DNA of 64,000 nt from Escherichia phage WG01, in sequence record NC_031928.1; one strand, 5' to 3'. This document shows positions 8,881-19,625 of this stretch, one piece after another. The position numbers and the translations under genes are program-made. A model generated the notes under the pieces. It saw only the letters and a program-made list of their open reading frames with translations. It made no database searches and was not told where the DNA came from. The number at the start of each line of letters is the position of its first letter. Position 1 is the first letter of the stretch.

Positions 8881-9633
8881 ATGGCTAATATAGTACGTTG
8901 TGAAATGCCTGATGGAGTCCACCGATTTAAACCTTTTACAGTAGCTGATTATCGTGATTTTATTTTGATTCGAAATGACATGAATAATAAATCACCTGAA
9001 GAGCAAAAACAAATTTTAGATGAGTTACTGGAAGAATACTTCGGTGAATATCCTATGTCATGGCGCCCGTATATGTTCATTGAACTTTACACGTCATCAC
9101 TCGGCAAGACCAAAATTCCTATCCGATACACTTGTAGTAAGTGTGAAAAGGATAGACAAGTTTTATTCAATTTGAAACAGACCAAGTTAGATAATCCCAC
9201 AATTGAAGTGGCCGGCTTGAAGCTAACATTCAAATTTCCGGAAATAGAATATCAAGACAAATCCGAATTGATTCTGAACACCCTCCAAACCGTGGAAGAT
9301 GAAAACGGGAAATATAATTGGACTGACCTTTCTGAAGAAGACCAATTAGCCGTAATAGATGCTATAGACTTATCCACTTTAGAGGATATAGTCAAACAAA
9401 CTAGCCCTATTAATTTTGAACTAAAATATGGATGCTGTAATCGTAGAACAATTACGTATACCGATATTTTAGAGGTGTTTAAGCTTATAGTCAACCCGGA
9501 TGAGATATTTTTATTTTACCAAATAAACCATTTATTGGTAAAGAACAATTATTCATTAGAAAGCATTATGCAGATGATTCCAATCGAACGCGGTATTGCT
9601 TTGTCTTTGGTTGAAAAGGACCTTAAGAAATGA
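8881..9633 (+). CDS. 51: Baseplate hub assembly catalyst gp51
   Basis: Start at [10 protein letters not shown] with SD AGAGGA; 250 aa close to T4 gp51 (249 aa). Confidence 0.8.
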   Translation: MANIVRCEMPDGVHRFKPFTVADYRDFILIRNDMNNKSPEEQKQILDELLEEYFGEYPMSWRPYMFIELYTSSLGKTKIPIRYTCSKCEKDRQVLFNLKQTKLDNPTIEVAGLKLTFKFPEIEYQDKSELILNTLQTVEDENGKYNWTDLSEEDQLAVIDAIDLSTLEDIVKQTSPINFELKYGCCNRRTITYTDILEVFKLIVNPDEIFLFYQINHLLVKNNYSLESIMQMIPIERGIALSLVEKDLKK

Positions 9634-10799
9634 GTTCAAAAACTATGCAACGTGAAGGCTTTCCTAATATTAGTATACGCCTTTACGAAGATTATGACGC
9701 CTGGTTAGAGCATCGTTTTGTTGAACTAGGCGCGACATTTACTACTCTAACAATGCGAGATGGGCTTTACGGTAGTAATGAAGGGTTGCTTCAGTTTTAT
9801 GATGCAAAGAACCTTCATACTAAAATGGATGGTGAGCAGATTATTCAAATTTCTGTTAAGAATGCTAACTCTGAACGTACCCAATCAAGAATTTATGGAA
9901 GTAAACACTTTGCTGTAGGAGTGGATTCGAAGGGCGACAATATCATAACAATACAACTCGCCCCAATCCACTTTTTAGAGAATCTTAAATTTAGTCGTAT
10001 GTTCTTCCCGAGTGTTCAAGAAACATTAACTGAAATGATTGGTGTTATTTATCAAGACCGTCCGCTTCTTGCTCCTCCTTTGAACGGGATAAACGTTTAC
10101 GTTCCTAATGTTCCTTGGTGTGATTCAATGGACCGTTATATGGAATTTGTACGAGAAGTAGGTATGGCCGTTGAATCTGATAAATTTGTATTTGTCTGGG
10201 AAGATATAGATGGTATTTCTATCATGGACTACGAATTTATGGTTAACCAAGAGCCTATTAATTTTGTAGTGGGTGAGCCGCGATTAATAGGTCAATACGT
10301 TCAAGATATGGATACACCTATCGCATTTGATTTTGAATGGTTAACTAAAGCCAACCAACATTCCAGAAAACCATATGAAAACGCTACTGTATACGCCCAC
10401 TCTTTCTTAGACAAAAACGCCACACGAATTACTTTTGGTGACGGGCAAAACAGTATATTGGTTTCTCGCTCCGGTGGATATTCTGATTATACCTACCGAA
10501 ACGGTTTTGAAGAAGCCGATAGATTAGTTACTATGGCCCAATACGATGGATACGCTCATTGTAAGGTATATGGTAACTTTGAACTAACTCCAGGCGATAA
10601 GATTAATTTCTATGACCCTAAAAACCAATTCCAGTACGATTTTTATGTAGACGAAGTTATTCATGAAGTGAGTAACAATACATCAATTACAAACCTTTAT
10701 ATGTTTACTAATGGTAAGCCTATTAAGATTGAAGAACCGCCGAAGGTTAAAAATGAACTTAAAACTGATACTCCCGATCAAGAAAATAACGCTGGGTGA
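9630..10799 (+). CDS. 27: Baseplate hub protein gp27
   Basis: 389 aa (T4 gp27 391 aa); overlaps gp51 stop. Confidence 0.85.
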   Translation: MSSKTMQREGFPNISIRLYEDYDAWLEHRFVELGATFTTLTMRDGLYGSNEGLLQFYDAKNLHTKMDGEQIIQISVKNANSERTQSRIYGSKHFAVGVDSKGDNIITIQLAPIHFLENLKFSRMFFPSVQETLTEMIGVIYQDRPLLAPPLNGINVYVPNVPWCDSMDRYMEFVREVGMAVESDKFVFVWEDIDGISIMDYEFMVNQEPINFVVGEPRLIGQYVQDMDTPIAFDFEWLTKANQHSRKPYENATVYAHSFLDKNATRITFGDGQNSILVSRSGGYSDYTYRNGFEEADRLVTMAQYDGYAHCKVYGNFELTPGDKINFYDPKNQFQYDFYVDEVIHEVSNNTSITNLYMFTNGKPIKIEEPPKVKNELKTDTPDQENNAG

Positions 10800-11280
10800 C
10801 AAAGAGATTTCCATTCCTAAATTGGGTCTTAAACACCAGAAATTGGTTAAAGATGAAAAGGACCCTTACAAGGCCCTCTATATGACAATGGAATCCATTT
10901 GTAAAGGACTGTCTGCAGCAGAAACAGATTTTGCTGCTTTACACCTTTTAGAATTCAACGGACGATTAAAAGAAAAAGTAACTAAAGATGGATTCACATA
11001 TAATTTAAATGACCTTTATATTTGCCAACGACTTGAATTCCAGTTCCAAGGTAAAACGTTTAAATTTAAATCACATGAACCATTTCAAACATTTGGTCCT
11101 GTTGATAGTGTACTACAATCTCTTTATCTTGGTGATGATGTACCAGATTTTCTGGATATGCCTGCCTTTGTTGCTACATGGGCCGACGATATAACTTCTA
11201 CTGTAGCTATCCCTGGTCCTAATGGTCCTATCAAAGGATTGCTTAAAATCATGGATATCTTAAATGAAGAACGAATCTAA
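10753..11280 (+). CDS. 28: Baseplate hub distal protein gp28
   Basis: ATG at 10753 ([11 protein letters not shown]) gives 175 aa (T4 gp28 177 aa); overlaps gp27 end. Confidence 0.75.
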   Translation: MNLKLILPIKKITLGDKEISIPKLGLKHQKLVKDEKDPYKALYMTMESICKGLSAAETDFAALHLLEFNGRLKEKVTKDGFTYNLNDLYICQRLEFQFQGKTFKFKSHEPFQTFGPVDSVLQSLYLGDDVPDFLDMPAFVATWADDITSTVAIPGPNGPIKGLLKIMDILNEERI

Positions 11281-13000
11281 TCAGAATAGTTTTCGTCGCA
11301 ATAAACTGATTGAAGAAATGGCTCCTCAGCGTCGTGCTGAGGCGCTAGCCCAAACTCAGAACGACGAATTAGGAAATATATCAGATGTTTTATCCGATTC
11401 CCAGGCGGCGTCTGAATTGCTCTCTGAAGTTGTTGAGACAAAGTCTAACCAGATTATTAATTCTGTAGACCGAGTAGACAAAAGCGTCCAAGATGTTGTC
11501 GCTGGAACAGAATTAACGGCCGAAGCCATATCAGAACAAACCCAACAGTCTAAAGCTCTTTCGGATGCATTAAACGAAAAGATTAATAAGCTTTCTAATA
11601 TGTTGGAGGCTAAATTTTCTGGTATTTCTATTCCACCGGAAGGGAGCTCATTAAAGGTTATTGAAGACTCTATTCCAGAAGAACCTAAGGCCGAAACTCC
11701 TAAAGTTCCTGCTGTTGTTGAAGATATTCTTCCACCTGAAGATAATAAACCTGACGCCGAATTTATGCCTGAGCCTCCTAAAAATTCAGATGAAGGTAAA
11801 GAAGGTGATAAGACTTCTCTTTCTGATAAAATTGAAGCCCTTACTAAAATAACTGAAAAGGGATTTAAAGCTTCTATAGGCGTCGCTGATAGAATTTCAG
11901 GCATGCTTTTTAAGTATACCATTACCGCTGCCGCTGAAGCTGCTAAACTCGCAGCAGGTTTAGTCCTTTTAATATTTGGTATAGATGCCATTCGCGTATA
12001 CTTCCAATATTTCATGGACCAATTTGAGTCAGGGTGGAAAGAATTTAACGATAAGTTTAAAGAGTGGGGACCATTACTTGAAGGGCTAATGACATGGGCC
12101 AAGAATGCTGAAGCCATGTTTAGTGAAGGAAACTGGTTAGGTCTGGCTGAAGCTATTATTCGTGGTATGGTTAATCTTACCAAAAATATGGCACAACTTT
12201 TAATGCTTGGTATTTCTAAGTTGATTTCTGCTATTTTAAGTAAAATACCTGGTATGGGTGATTTAGCTGAAAACGTAGAGGCTTCTGCTTTAATGTCATA
12301 TCAGCAAAATACCGGAGCCACTTTGGACGATGAAGACCAAACTAAAGTGGCCAAGTACCATGATAGACGTTCAGCCGAGGCTTTAGAAACAGCCGAGAAA
12401 ATGAATAAGAAGTATAAGGATAAACCTGAGCTTATAAACCAGGCAGAGAAATACGGTAATCTTACTAAAGAACAAGCCGACCAATTACGCGCAGGTGGAA
12501 TTGACACAAGCTTCCGTGACCTCCCTGAAGAAGAACGTTTAGAGTATTTCAAGAAACGTGATAAAGCTCAGGCTGATATTATTCGTTTGACACAAACCGC
12601 TGATAATATAATGAAGCCAGATTCTAAAGATATCGAAAATGCTAAAGCATTTAAAGCTGATATCGAGAAACAATTGGCCGACCCTATTATGGCTAAAGGT
12701 GGGGCACCGAAAGACCTTAATATCCAGCAATTACTTGATAAGATGAATAAATCTTTAGAGAAATTTAATGAAGCTGAAAAGCCTAAACCTGCTTCTGTAG
12801 CGGAATCTCCTGAAAATACCCAGGTTAAAAAGGTTGATGAGCAAATGAGAGCAAAGGAAAATGCTAAATATAGTCAGCAAGCTCCAACTCAAATAAATCA
12901 GCAAACGAATATCAAGAAAACGAGTAAGACAAGCTATAATATGCCTCCACAGTCCTCTACTCCTGCTCCTGGTATGCGTCAAGCTACTAAAGTTAATTAG
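11264..13000 (+). CDS. 29: Baseplate hub / tail length determinator gp29
   Basis: 578 aa (T4 gp29 ~590 aa); position between 28 and 48. Confidence 0.85.
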   Translation: MKNESNQNSFRRNKLIEEMAPQRRAEALAQTQNDELGNISDVLSDSQAASELLSEVVETKSNQIINSVDRVDKSVQDVVAGTELTAEAISEQTQQSKALSDALNEKINKLSNMLEAKFSGISIPPEGSSLKVIEDSIPEEPKAETPKVPAVVEDILPPEDNKPDAEFMPEPPKNSDEGKEGDKTSLSDKIEALTKITEKGFKASIGVADRISGMLFKYTITAAAEAAKLAAGLVLLIFGIDAIRVYFQYFMDQFESGWKEFNDKFKEWGPLLEGLMTWAKNAEAMFSEGNWLGLAEAIIRGMVNLTKNMAQLLMLGISKLISAILSKIPGMGDLAENVEASALMSYQQNTGATLDDEDQTKVAKYHDRRSAEALETAEKMNKKYKDKPELINQAEKYGNLTKEQADQLRAGGIDTSFRDLPEEERLEYFKKRDKAQADIIRLTQTADNIMKPDSKDIENAKAFKADIEKQLADPIMAKGGAPKDLNIQQLLDKMNKSLEKFNEAEKPKPASVAESPENTQVKKVDEQMRAKENAKYSQQAPTQINQQTNIKKTSKTSYNMPPQSSTPAPGMRQATKVN

Positions 13001-13008
13001 GATTAATA

Positions 13009-14097
13009 ATGAAAGTAAAAGAACTTGACTTTGATGTAGCCTCCTTGTTTAAAGGAGGTTCAAAGACCTCCGCAGGTCAATCTAAAACACCACCAATAAA
13101 AACCACGGTAACCGCTCAGTATCCAGCTGAGCGGGCTTCAGGTAATGATACCTCAACCGATATGGTATTAAACGACCTCTATAAAAATGGATTGCTTTTT
13201 ACCGCATATAATTTTAGTTCTCGTGTATCTCCGGATTTGCGTAACGACCGTTCGAGTCAAATGACTAAAAAGTTCTCAAGTGCAGCCAGCAAATTAACAG
13301 GCAATAGTGGAACATATAGTGCTGTTAAAAACTTATTTGGTGGAAATACTAAGGGCGTTAAATTTGATACCCAAGCCTTAGCTAATATCCTTTTACCTCG
13401 TTCTAAATCTGATGTGGATTCCGTATCACACAAATTTAATGATGTTGGTGAGTCCTTAATTACTAAAGGCGGTGGTACTGCTACAGGTATTTTAAGTAAC
13501 GTTGCTAGTACCGCGGTATTTGGTGCATTAGAATCTGTGACTAACGGCGTAATGGCTGATTCAGGCGAACAGATATACACTACAGCTCGTAGTATGTACG
13601 CCGGTCCGGATAACCGTACTAAGGTATTCACTTGGGAAATGACTCCACGAAATGCCCAAGACCTTATCCAGATTATTAAAATATACGAAATCTTCAACTA
13701 TTATTCTTACGGCGAAACGGGTAATTCGGCTTTCGCAGGTGAATTAAAAGAGAAGATTGATACTTGGTATCGTTCTACATTTAAAAAAGAAGCTATTGAC
13801 AAGTTTGATGGTAAGCTATTAGGGGAAAGTATTACAAGCTTCCTTTCTAATGTTATTGTGGTAAGTAACCCAACCATTTGGTATATCCGAAACTTTGGTG
13901 ATAGCAGTTCATATGATGGTCGTGAAGATATTTTTGGCCCATGCCAAATCCAGAGTATCCGTTTTGATAAAACTCCGGACGGCCATTTTAACGGATTGGC
14001 TATTGCTCCTAACTTACCATCTACGTTTAGTTTAGAAGTTACTTTCCGTGAAATTATTACTCTGAACCGTGGCTCACTTTATACGGAAGGATTCTAA
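13009..14097 (+). CDS. 48: Baseplate tail-tube junction protein gp48
   Basis: 362 aa (T4 gp48 364 aa). Confidence 0.85.
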   Translation: MKVKELDFDVASLFKGGSKTSAGQSKTPPIKTTVTAQYPAERASGNDTSTDMVLNDLYKNGLLFTAYNFSSRVSPDLRNDRSSQMTKKFSSAASKLTGNSGTYSAVKNLFGGNTKGVKFDTQALANILLPRSKSDVDSVSHKFNDVGESLITKGGGTATGILSNVASTAVFGALESVTNGVMADSGEQIYTTARSMYAGPDNRTKVFTWEMTPRNAQDLIQIIKIYEIFNYYSYGETGNSAFAGELKEKIDTWYRSTFKKEAIDKFDGKLLGESITSFLSNVIVVSNPTIWYIRNFGDSSSYDGREDIFGPCQIQSIRFDKTPDGHFNGLAIAPNLPSTFSLEVTFREIITLNRGSLYTEGF

Positions 14098-15026
14098 TGT
14101 ATACTTTACAAGAATTTCAGAATCAGGCAATTAATATTGACCTACAAAGGAATAACCTGTTTAGTGTGGTATTTGCCACAGTTCCTTCTTCTAAATCTCA
14201 GACGCTCCTCGACCAGTTCGGTGGAGCTTTATTTAACAATATCCCATTGAATAGCGATTTGTTTGGTATTACACAAGGAGAGTTGACCCAAGGTGTTACG
14301 ACATTAGTGACAGCGGGCACTCAGAAGTTGATTCGTAAGTCAGGCATAAGTAAATATTTGATTGGAGCTATGTCATCCAGGGTTGTGCAGAGCTTACTAG
14401 GAGAGTTTGAAGTAGGTACATATCTGATGGATTTTTTCAATATGGCCTATCCTACGGCAGGTCTTTTAGTCCACGCCGTTAAAATCCCGGATAATACTTT
14501 GAACTATGAAATGGATTTGAACCACAACTCACCTAACATCAAAATTACCGGAAGAGAATATTCTCCATTAGTATTAAGCTTCCGTATGGATTCTGAAGCT
14601 GCTAACTACCGTGCTTTTAATGATTGGGTCAATAGTGTTCAAGACCCTATTACACAATTAAGAGCATTACCGGAGGATGTTGAAGCTGACATTCAAGTCA
14701 ACCTTCATTCCCGTAATGGATTACCCCATACAGTAGTAATGCTTAATGGTTGCGTTCCAATGAGCGTATCTTCCCCGGAATTATCTTACGACGGTGATAA
14801 CCAAATTGCTTCATTTGATGTTACATTTGCTTATAGAAGTGTACAGACTGGTGCAGTTGGCAAACAAGCTGCTTATGAATGGTTGGAAGATAAAGTCCTT
14901 AAAGGCGTGGCGGGTATAAGTGAGAGCAATTCCCTGAGTTCTTCAGTAGCTAAATTAAGCCGACTTTCAGGAGCTTCTAGTGGATTAACAGGATTGGTTA
15001 ATAGTGGAATATCGAGGTTGTTATAA
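14097..15026 (+). CDS. 54: Baseplate tail-tube initiator gp54
   Basis: 309 aa; ATG overlaps gp48 stop. Confidence 0.85.
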   Translation: MYTLQEFQNQAINIDLQRNNLFSVVFATVPSSKSQTLLDQFGGALFNNIPLNSDLFGITQGELTQGVTTLVTAGTQKLIRKSGISKYLIGAMSSRVVQSLLGEFEVGTYLMDFFNMAYPTAGLLVHAVKIPDNTLNYEMDLNHNSPNIKITGREYSPLVLSFRMDSEAANYRAFNDWVNSVQDPITQLRALPEDVEADIQVNLHSRNGLPHTVVMLNGCVPMSVSSPELSYDGDNQIASFDVTFAYRSVQTGAVGKQAAYEWLEDKVLKGVAGISESNSLSSSVAKLSRLSGASSGLTGLVNSGISRLL

Positions 15027-15027
15027 C

Positions 15028-15053
15028 AAAAAAGGAGAGCATATGCTCTCCTT
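15028..15053. terminator. Bidirectional palindromic terminator between gp54 and the alt region
   Basis: Perfect palindrome GGAGAGCATATGCTCTCC flanked by A5 and TTT. Confidence 0.65.
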
Positions 15054-15060
15054 TAGGGGT

Positions 15061-15351
15061 TTATTTACGGAACGAAATGAAACCTGCTGTGGTCATTAGT
15101 GGTTGCTTTTTAACAAACACCGTAACCGAAATAGGAGCTTCGGATTCGAGTTGTCCTGTCACTACACCGTTAAAAATGTTTTCGGTTTGTTCTGGATAAG
15201 AAAAATTCTCAACAGGTCGGATATCAAACTGTTTGTCTTCACCGAAAACTCGACGTAATTCATTACCCACTGCACTGTCAAACTCTTCAGAAGCAGGGAT
15301 AACGTTTTCAACTACCAGTTCTTGACCATTAAAACGGAATGCAGATTTCAT
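15061..15351 (-). CDS. Hypothetical protein (96 aa), alt.-x position
   Basis: ORF downstream of the Alt-like cluster; no recognisable motif. Confidence 0.5.
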   Translation of the reverse strand: MKSAFRFNGQELVVENVIPASEEFDSAVGNELRRVFGEDKQFDIRPVENFSYPEQTENIFNGVVTGQLESEAPISVTVFVKKQPLMTTAGFISFRK

Positions 15352-15408
15352 AATGTTCTCCTCATGTTTGTGTAAGGTAATAGTACCACATCCTTGTGGT
15401 GTTGTAAA

Positions 15409-17532
15409 CTACATTTTGAATTTATTTGATAAAGAAGAGATATCCAAAGACGCTGCAAGGATTTCCATAGCCTCGTTGCTTTCAGAAACAGATTCATTAA
15501 CCAAGAATTGACTGAACCCATCCATCAGGCGAACTTCACCAGTTTCCATCAAATGGTCACCATCGTAAACAGATTCGCTGAGCTCTGAAGGAGGTGTTAC
15601 GGTAGCTTCCATAAGGTATTTGTGAGATACTCTATCATTCATGGCAAAAGCCGCTACTTTATCAACCTTCAACAATAATCCACGCGGAAGGATAATTTCT
15701 GCTTCTTCGGCATATTCTGTAAGGTCACCAGGAGCGATAACTTTAACTGCTTCAGCACCTCGAATAACCATACCAATTTCAGCAATTCTATCTGCAGGAC
15801 CTTCAGGTGCAATTGGATTACCAAACTCGTCTTCTTCCCATTCTACCTCTTCGTCATCGACTTCACCTACATCAGATGAACTACCACTAGCCAATTTAAA
15901 CAACTCATCAGCGGAGGATAAAGAACCTTCACCGCCAACAAAAACGGCTTGGTTGTCGAGGGCCATATAATTTTTACCAAATTCACCAAAGATGTTAGGT
16001 TTTAGTGAGGCTGACACAAAGTTCTTAAAGTAAAATGTTTTGTTATCGATATTATGGCGCAGAATTTTGTATGGCAAATCCTGACCACGATACAAAATAG
16101 TACCCTTAGGAAGTTTAATACCCTTAGTAAATGCCGAGTCTAAATCCTTAATCAATTTAATAGCCGTTGTATTGTTTTCGGATTCAGGTTTACCTAAAAG
16201 GAATAAGTTCATAGGAGCATATTCAGCCGCGCAATATTCAATAATAGCATTGCTTTCGTCTTTGGTTAGGTCCTTAGGTTTAATGAGCTCGCCTGAATAA
16301 GCATATGCATCACTAATAGAATCGTTAACCAGTTTATAAACGGCTTCCATAGCGAAAGCAATTCTAGATGCTTTCTCTGAAGGGGAACCCTTAAAACGGG
16401 TACTCAGGTTATTAACAATTTTCTTAATAATATCCAGACTATTGGTTGTATTGATTTGCGAAAGGCCACTTAAAAGTCTATCGACTTCTGTATTAAAAAA
16501 TGCCATATTATTAGAGTAAATTTCAAACCCTTGTTTATCTCTATTAGCATAATTTAGTTTAAATTTACTATCAGTCATTAAAGCGTGTGTGAGAGCAATA
16601 GTGTATCTAAAGTTGGCAAGGTCCTCGCTCTTAGATTTAAACTGAGAAGCCTGACGCATTTTAGTAATGGCACCTTTTTTAAAGTTCTGACTAATCTGTT
16701 CAATACCTTCGTTCTCAGGGCCTTCAGCCGTGTGAACCGGTACAGAAGCTTCAAACTCGTTATAAACCTGCAATTCTTTAGGGGACAAAGTTTCAGGCTC
16801 AGCAGTAGAATACTGCGCCGCCGCTGCCATACGACGCGAAATCTTAGTACGAGTAATGACAGCCTTATCAGTACGTTTCTCTTCAACTTGTGCAATAGAT
16901 GCCGCTACGGCTTCGACCTTACTTACAGCCTGGCCGGTTTTCTTAGAAACATACACTTCGCCAACTTTAGACTCAACTTTAGTATAAAGATCGGCATTAA
17001 TTTCAGGCATACCCTTGATATCTTCAATATTAGCACCACGACGTACTAAAAGAACGTAGGTATGTTTTCCGCTGAATTGGAACATGTCGTCAACAACTTT
17101 AAACTTACCACCGGTACGAGCCATAGCCAAGCGAGCTAATACGCGCTGAACGGTAGGACCTTTACCTTTCATTTTCTTGGTAGGGAACCGGAAAAGAACT
17201 GCATCCATTTTAAGTTTGTTTACTTGTTCGTATACAGTATCAAAAATGGTATTCAGCGTACCAAGTGGGTCAGAACCTAACCCACCTTTCAACTCGGCTG
17301 GGCTACCCTTAGCAGACAAACTCATCAAAATAACATGAACATATTTGTCGCCCGGCTTAACCATTTTAATAGCGTCTCCTTGAGACGCATAAGATACCAT
17401 ACGAGCAACCAGATTATCATTACCTGGTGCTTGGATAGAGAAAATCTGTGGAATACCGGAACCCGGTTTAAGATTTGTTACTGGATAGTTTTTAGCGGAA
17501 TCACTATCAAAAACCTCATTTAAATTTTCCAT
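15409..17532 (-). CDS. alt: Alt-like ADP-ribosyltransferase paralog 1 (707 aa)
   Basis: N-terminal LNEVF (gp21-type L-x-E cleavage context) and conserved packaging region; C-terminal R-S-E motifs YRGQ, FVSASL, EEAEIILPRG. Confidence 0.85.
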   Translation of the reverse strand: MENLNEVFDSDSAKNYPVTNLKPGSGIPQIFSIQAPGNDNLVARMVSYASQGDAIKMVKPGDKYVHVILMSLSAKGSPAELKGGLGSDPLGTLNTIFDTVYEQVNKLKMDAVLFRFPTKKMKGKGPTVQRVLARLAMARTGGKFKVVDDMFQFSGKHTYVLLVRRGANIEDIKGMPEINADLYTKVESKVGEVYVSKKTGQAVSKVEAVAASIAQVEEKRTDKAVITRTKISRRMAAAAQYSTAEPETLSPKELQVYNEFEASVPVHTAEGPENEGIEQISQNFKKGAITKMRQASQFKSKSEDLANFRYTIALTHALMTDSKFKLNYANRDKQGFEIYSNNMAFFNTEVDRLLSGLSQINTTNSLDIIKKIVNNLSTRFKGSPSEKASRIAFAMEAVYKLVNDSISDAYAYSGELIKPKDLTKDESNAIIEYCAAEYAPMNLFLLGKPESENNTTAIKLIKDLDSAFTKGIKLPKGTILYRGQDLPYKILRHNIDNKTFYFKNFVSASLKPNIFGEFGKNYMALDNQAVFVGGEGSLSSADELFKLASGSSSDVGEVDDEEVEWEEDEFGNPIAPEGPADRIAEIGMVIRGAEAVKVIAPGDLTEYAEEAEIILPRGLLLKVDKVAAFAMNDRVSHKYLMEATVTPPSELSESVYDGDHLMETGEVRLMDGFSQFLVNESVSESNEAMEILAASLDISSLSNKFKM

Positions 17533-17535
17533 TAT

Positions 17536-19617
17536 TTACCCTTGGATGAATTTTTCTGGGATGTCATAGAGGTCTATGCATGAAGCCAAAAGAGGCAGTA
17601 CATCAAACCGTGTAGATTTAACAAATGAATCAAAAGATAAGGGGCTTTCGGAAGTATCGAAGTCATCTTGATATACGACCAACTCGCCGGTTTCCATTAG
17701 TACATCACCATCATATACCACAGATTCTTGAAGCTCATCTGTTGTCATAACTTCAGCTTGAATGAGTTTTGTATTACTAGATGTTGTTCCATCATTATTA
17801 GAAGCATCTGTTATTTTATTAACTTTGACCATTAATCCACGCGGTAGAATAACTTCAGCTTCAGTTGCTATTCCGAGATTTCCTGGATATACGACATTAA
17901 CTTTATGGGCCCCATCAATAGCCCATCCTATTTGAACTTTAACATAATCAGGATTTTCTTTATATGCTCTTATTTCATTAGGATTAATAGTTATTCCTTC
18001 TTCATTTTTATCAACTGTCAATTCGTTGCGAACTTCCGGTTCTAAAAGACCAATACCAGCGTGCGTAACACCAAAACGTCCGAAAATTATAGGAGTTAAA
18101 GAAGTAGATACAAAATTTCTAAAATAAAACACTTTATTTTTAACTAGTGCTTCGTATATAGGAGCAGTCATACTCTGGGCACGATAAACTGTAATGCCTT
18201 CCGGTATACGGTCACCATTTTCAAAAGCTGAATCTAAATTATTTACAGCGGATTCGATATCTTTTTCGCTCATAACCTCATAGTTCTGAGGATTATAACG
18301 TCCTAAAAGAAGATTATTTATGTCTGTATATCCTGAACCACAATATTCTCTGATACCACGCTTTTGTGATGGAGTATATTTAGAACCTTCACGAGCAATA
18401 GTAATATCAACCATAATACCACCACCCACACCAGCAAAACTATACACGCGTTTTTTAATGAACTTAGTCTTGGCTGCTTTCCACTTGGCCTCTGTCAATT
18501 CGTTCCAAAGGTCATCAGGTTGGCCTTTACGAGTTCTGTTATGGATAGCCAGCCACTCGCCTTTATATTCTTCGAAAATGGTATTAATAGCAGAGGCATA
18601 TTTTTCTAGAGCTTTAACAGATGTCAAAGGTTCGTTTTTTATTGCTGTAAGAATTTTCTCTTTAATTTTCTCTTGGATTTCACCAATACCGTGAAGTGGG
18701 AACAATTTATAGTCGTAATGCAATTCTTCAGCAGTGCCTTCAGCTACTATATTAGCAACCTTATTTTTAGCCGCAGGAGAATTGTTATTAGTAACCATTT
18801 CCTGAGCCTCAGGGATTAATGGAACTGTTGCCGGTTTATTAAAATCCGCTGCAGTAGCTTCATATTTCTTAAACAATTCACTTTCATTACGATAAGATTC
18901 CAATGATTGGCTTGCTGCAATGGCGCGCCTAGAAATCTTAGTCTTGGTTATAACCATTTTATCAGTGCGACGTTCTTCAACCTTAGCAATACTACCGGCG
19001 ATAGCAGTTTCTTTAGTAACCTGCACGCCTTCTTTTTTAGAAATATAAACTTCACCGACATCAGAATCTACCTTAGTATACAATTCAGCATTAATTCCAG
19101 GCATACCTTTGATATCTTCTATATCAGCTTGTTTACGAACTACCAGGATGTAAGTATGTTTACCGGTAAATTGGTACATAGCCGGAACTACTTTAAAACG
19201 TCCACCTGTTTTCTGTGCTACCAAACGTTGGATAATCCGTTGAACGATAGGGCCTTGACCTTTCATTTTCTTAGTAGGGAAACGGAACATCACGGCATCC
19301 ATACGAAGCTTTTTAACCTGTTCGAATACTACGTCGAAAATGGTATTAATAGCATCAATAGGAGTAGGGCCTAAGCCACCTTTAAGTTCTGCTGGAGTAC
19401 CTTTAGCTGAAAGGCTCATAAGGATAACGTGGGCATATTTATCACCCATCTTAACCTGTTTAATAGCATCGCCTTCAGAAGCATAGGATACCATACGTGC
19501 TACTAACTGAGACTCCGCGTCTCCAATCTTCCAAATCTGAGGTACTTTAAGTTTTGGGTTCAAGTTCACAACAGGCAGTGTACCTTCGGACTCGAACACT
19601 TCATTTAATTGGGTCAT
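17536..19617 (-). CDS. Alt-like ADP-ribosyltransferase paralog 2 (693 aa)
   Basis: Same N-terminal module (MTQLNEVF...MDAVMFRFPTKKMKGQ...ISRRAIAASQSLESY as remembered for T4 Alt); C-terminal YRAQ, FVSTSL, EAEVILPRG. Confidence 0.85.
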   Translation of the reverse strand: MTQLNEVFESEGTLPVVNLNPKLKVPQIWKIGDAESQLVARMVSYASEGDAIKQVKMGDKYAHVILMSLSAKGTPAELKGGLGPTPIDAINTIFDVVFEQVKKLRMDAVMFRFPTKKMKGQGPIVQRIIQRLVAQKTGGRFKVVPAMYQFTGKHTYILVVRKQADIEDIKGMPGINAELYTKVDSDVGEVYISKKEGVQVTKETAIAGSIAKVEERRTDKMVITKTKISRRAIAASQSLESYRNESELFKKYEATAADFNKPATVPLIPEAQEMVTNNNSPAAKNKVANIVAEGTAEELHYDYKLFPLHGIGEIQEKIKEKILTAIKNEPLTSVKALEKYASAINTIFEEYKGEWLAIHNRTRKGQPDDLWNELTEAKWKAAKTKFIKKRVYSFAGVGGGIMVDITIAREGSKYTPSQKRGIREYCGSGYTDINNLLLGRYNPQNYEVMSEKDIESAVNNLDSAFENGDRIPEGITVYRAQSMTAPIYEALVKNKVFYFRNFVSTSLTPIIFGRFGVTHAGIGLLEPEVRNELTVDKNEEGITINPNEIRAYKENPDYVKVQIGWAIDGAHKVNVVYPGNLGIATEAEVILPRGLMVKVNKITDASNNDGTTSSNTKLIQAEVMTTDELQESVVYDGDVLMETGELVVYQDDFDTSESPLSFDSFVKSTRFDVLPLLASCIDLYDIPEKFIQG

Positions 19618-19625
19618 AATCTATC

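Noticed and set aside
11356-12183. 275-aa minus-strand ORF inside gp29
   Set aside because: Antisense to a well-supported baseplate gene, Ser/Leu-rich low-complexity translation, no start context; typical shadow ORF.
16585-19374. Plus-strand ORFs of 105-155 aa inside the Alt-like genes (for example 16585..17049, 18907..19374)
   Set aside because: Antisense shadow ORFs within strongly supported minus-strand coding regions, with low-complexity translations.
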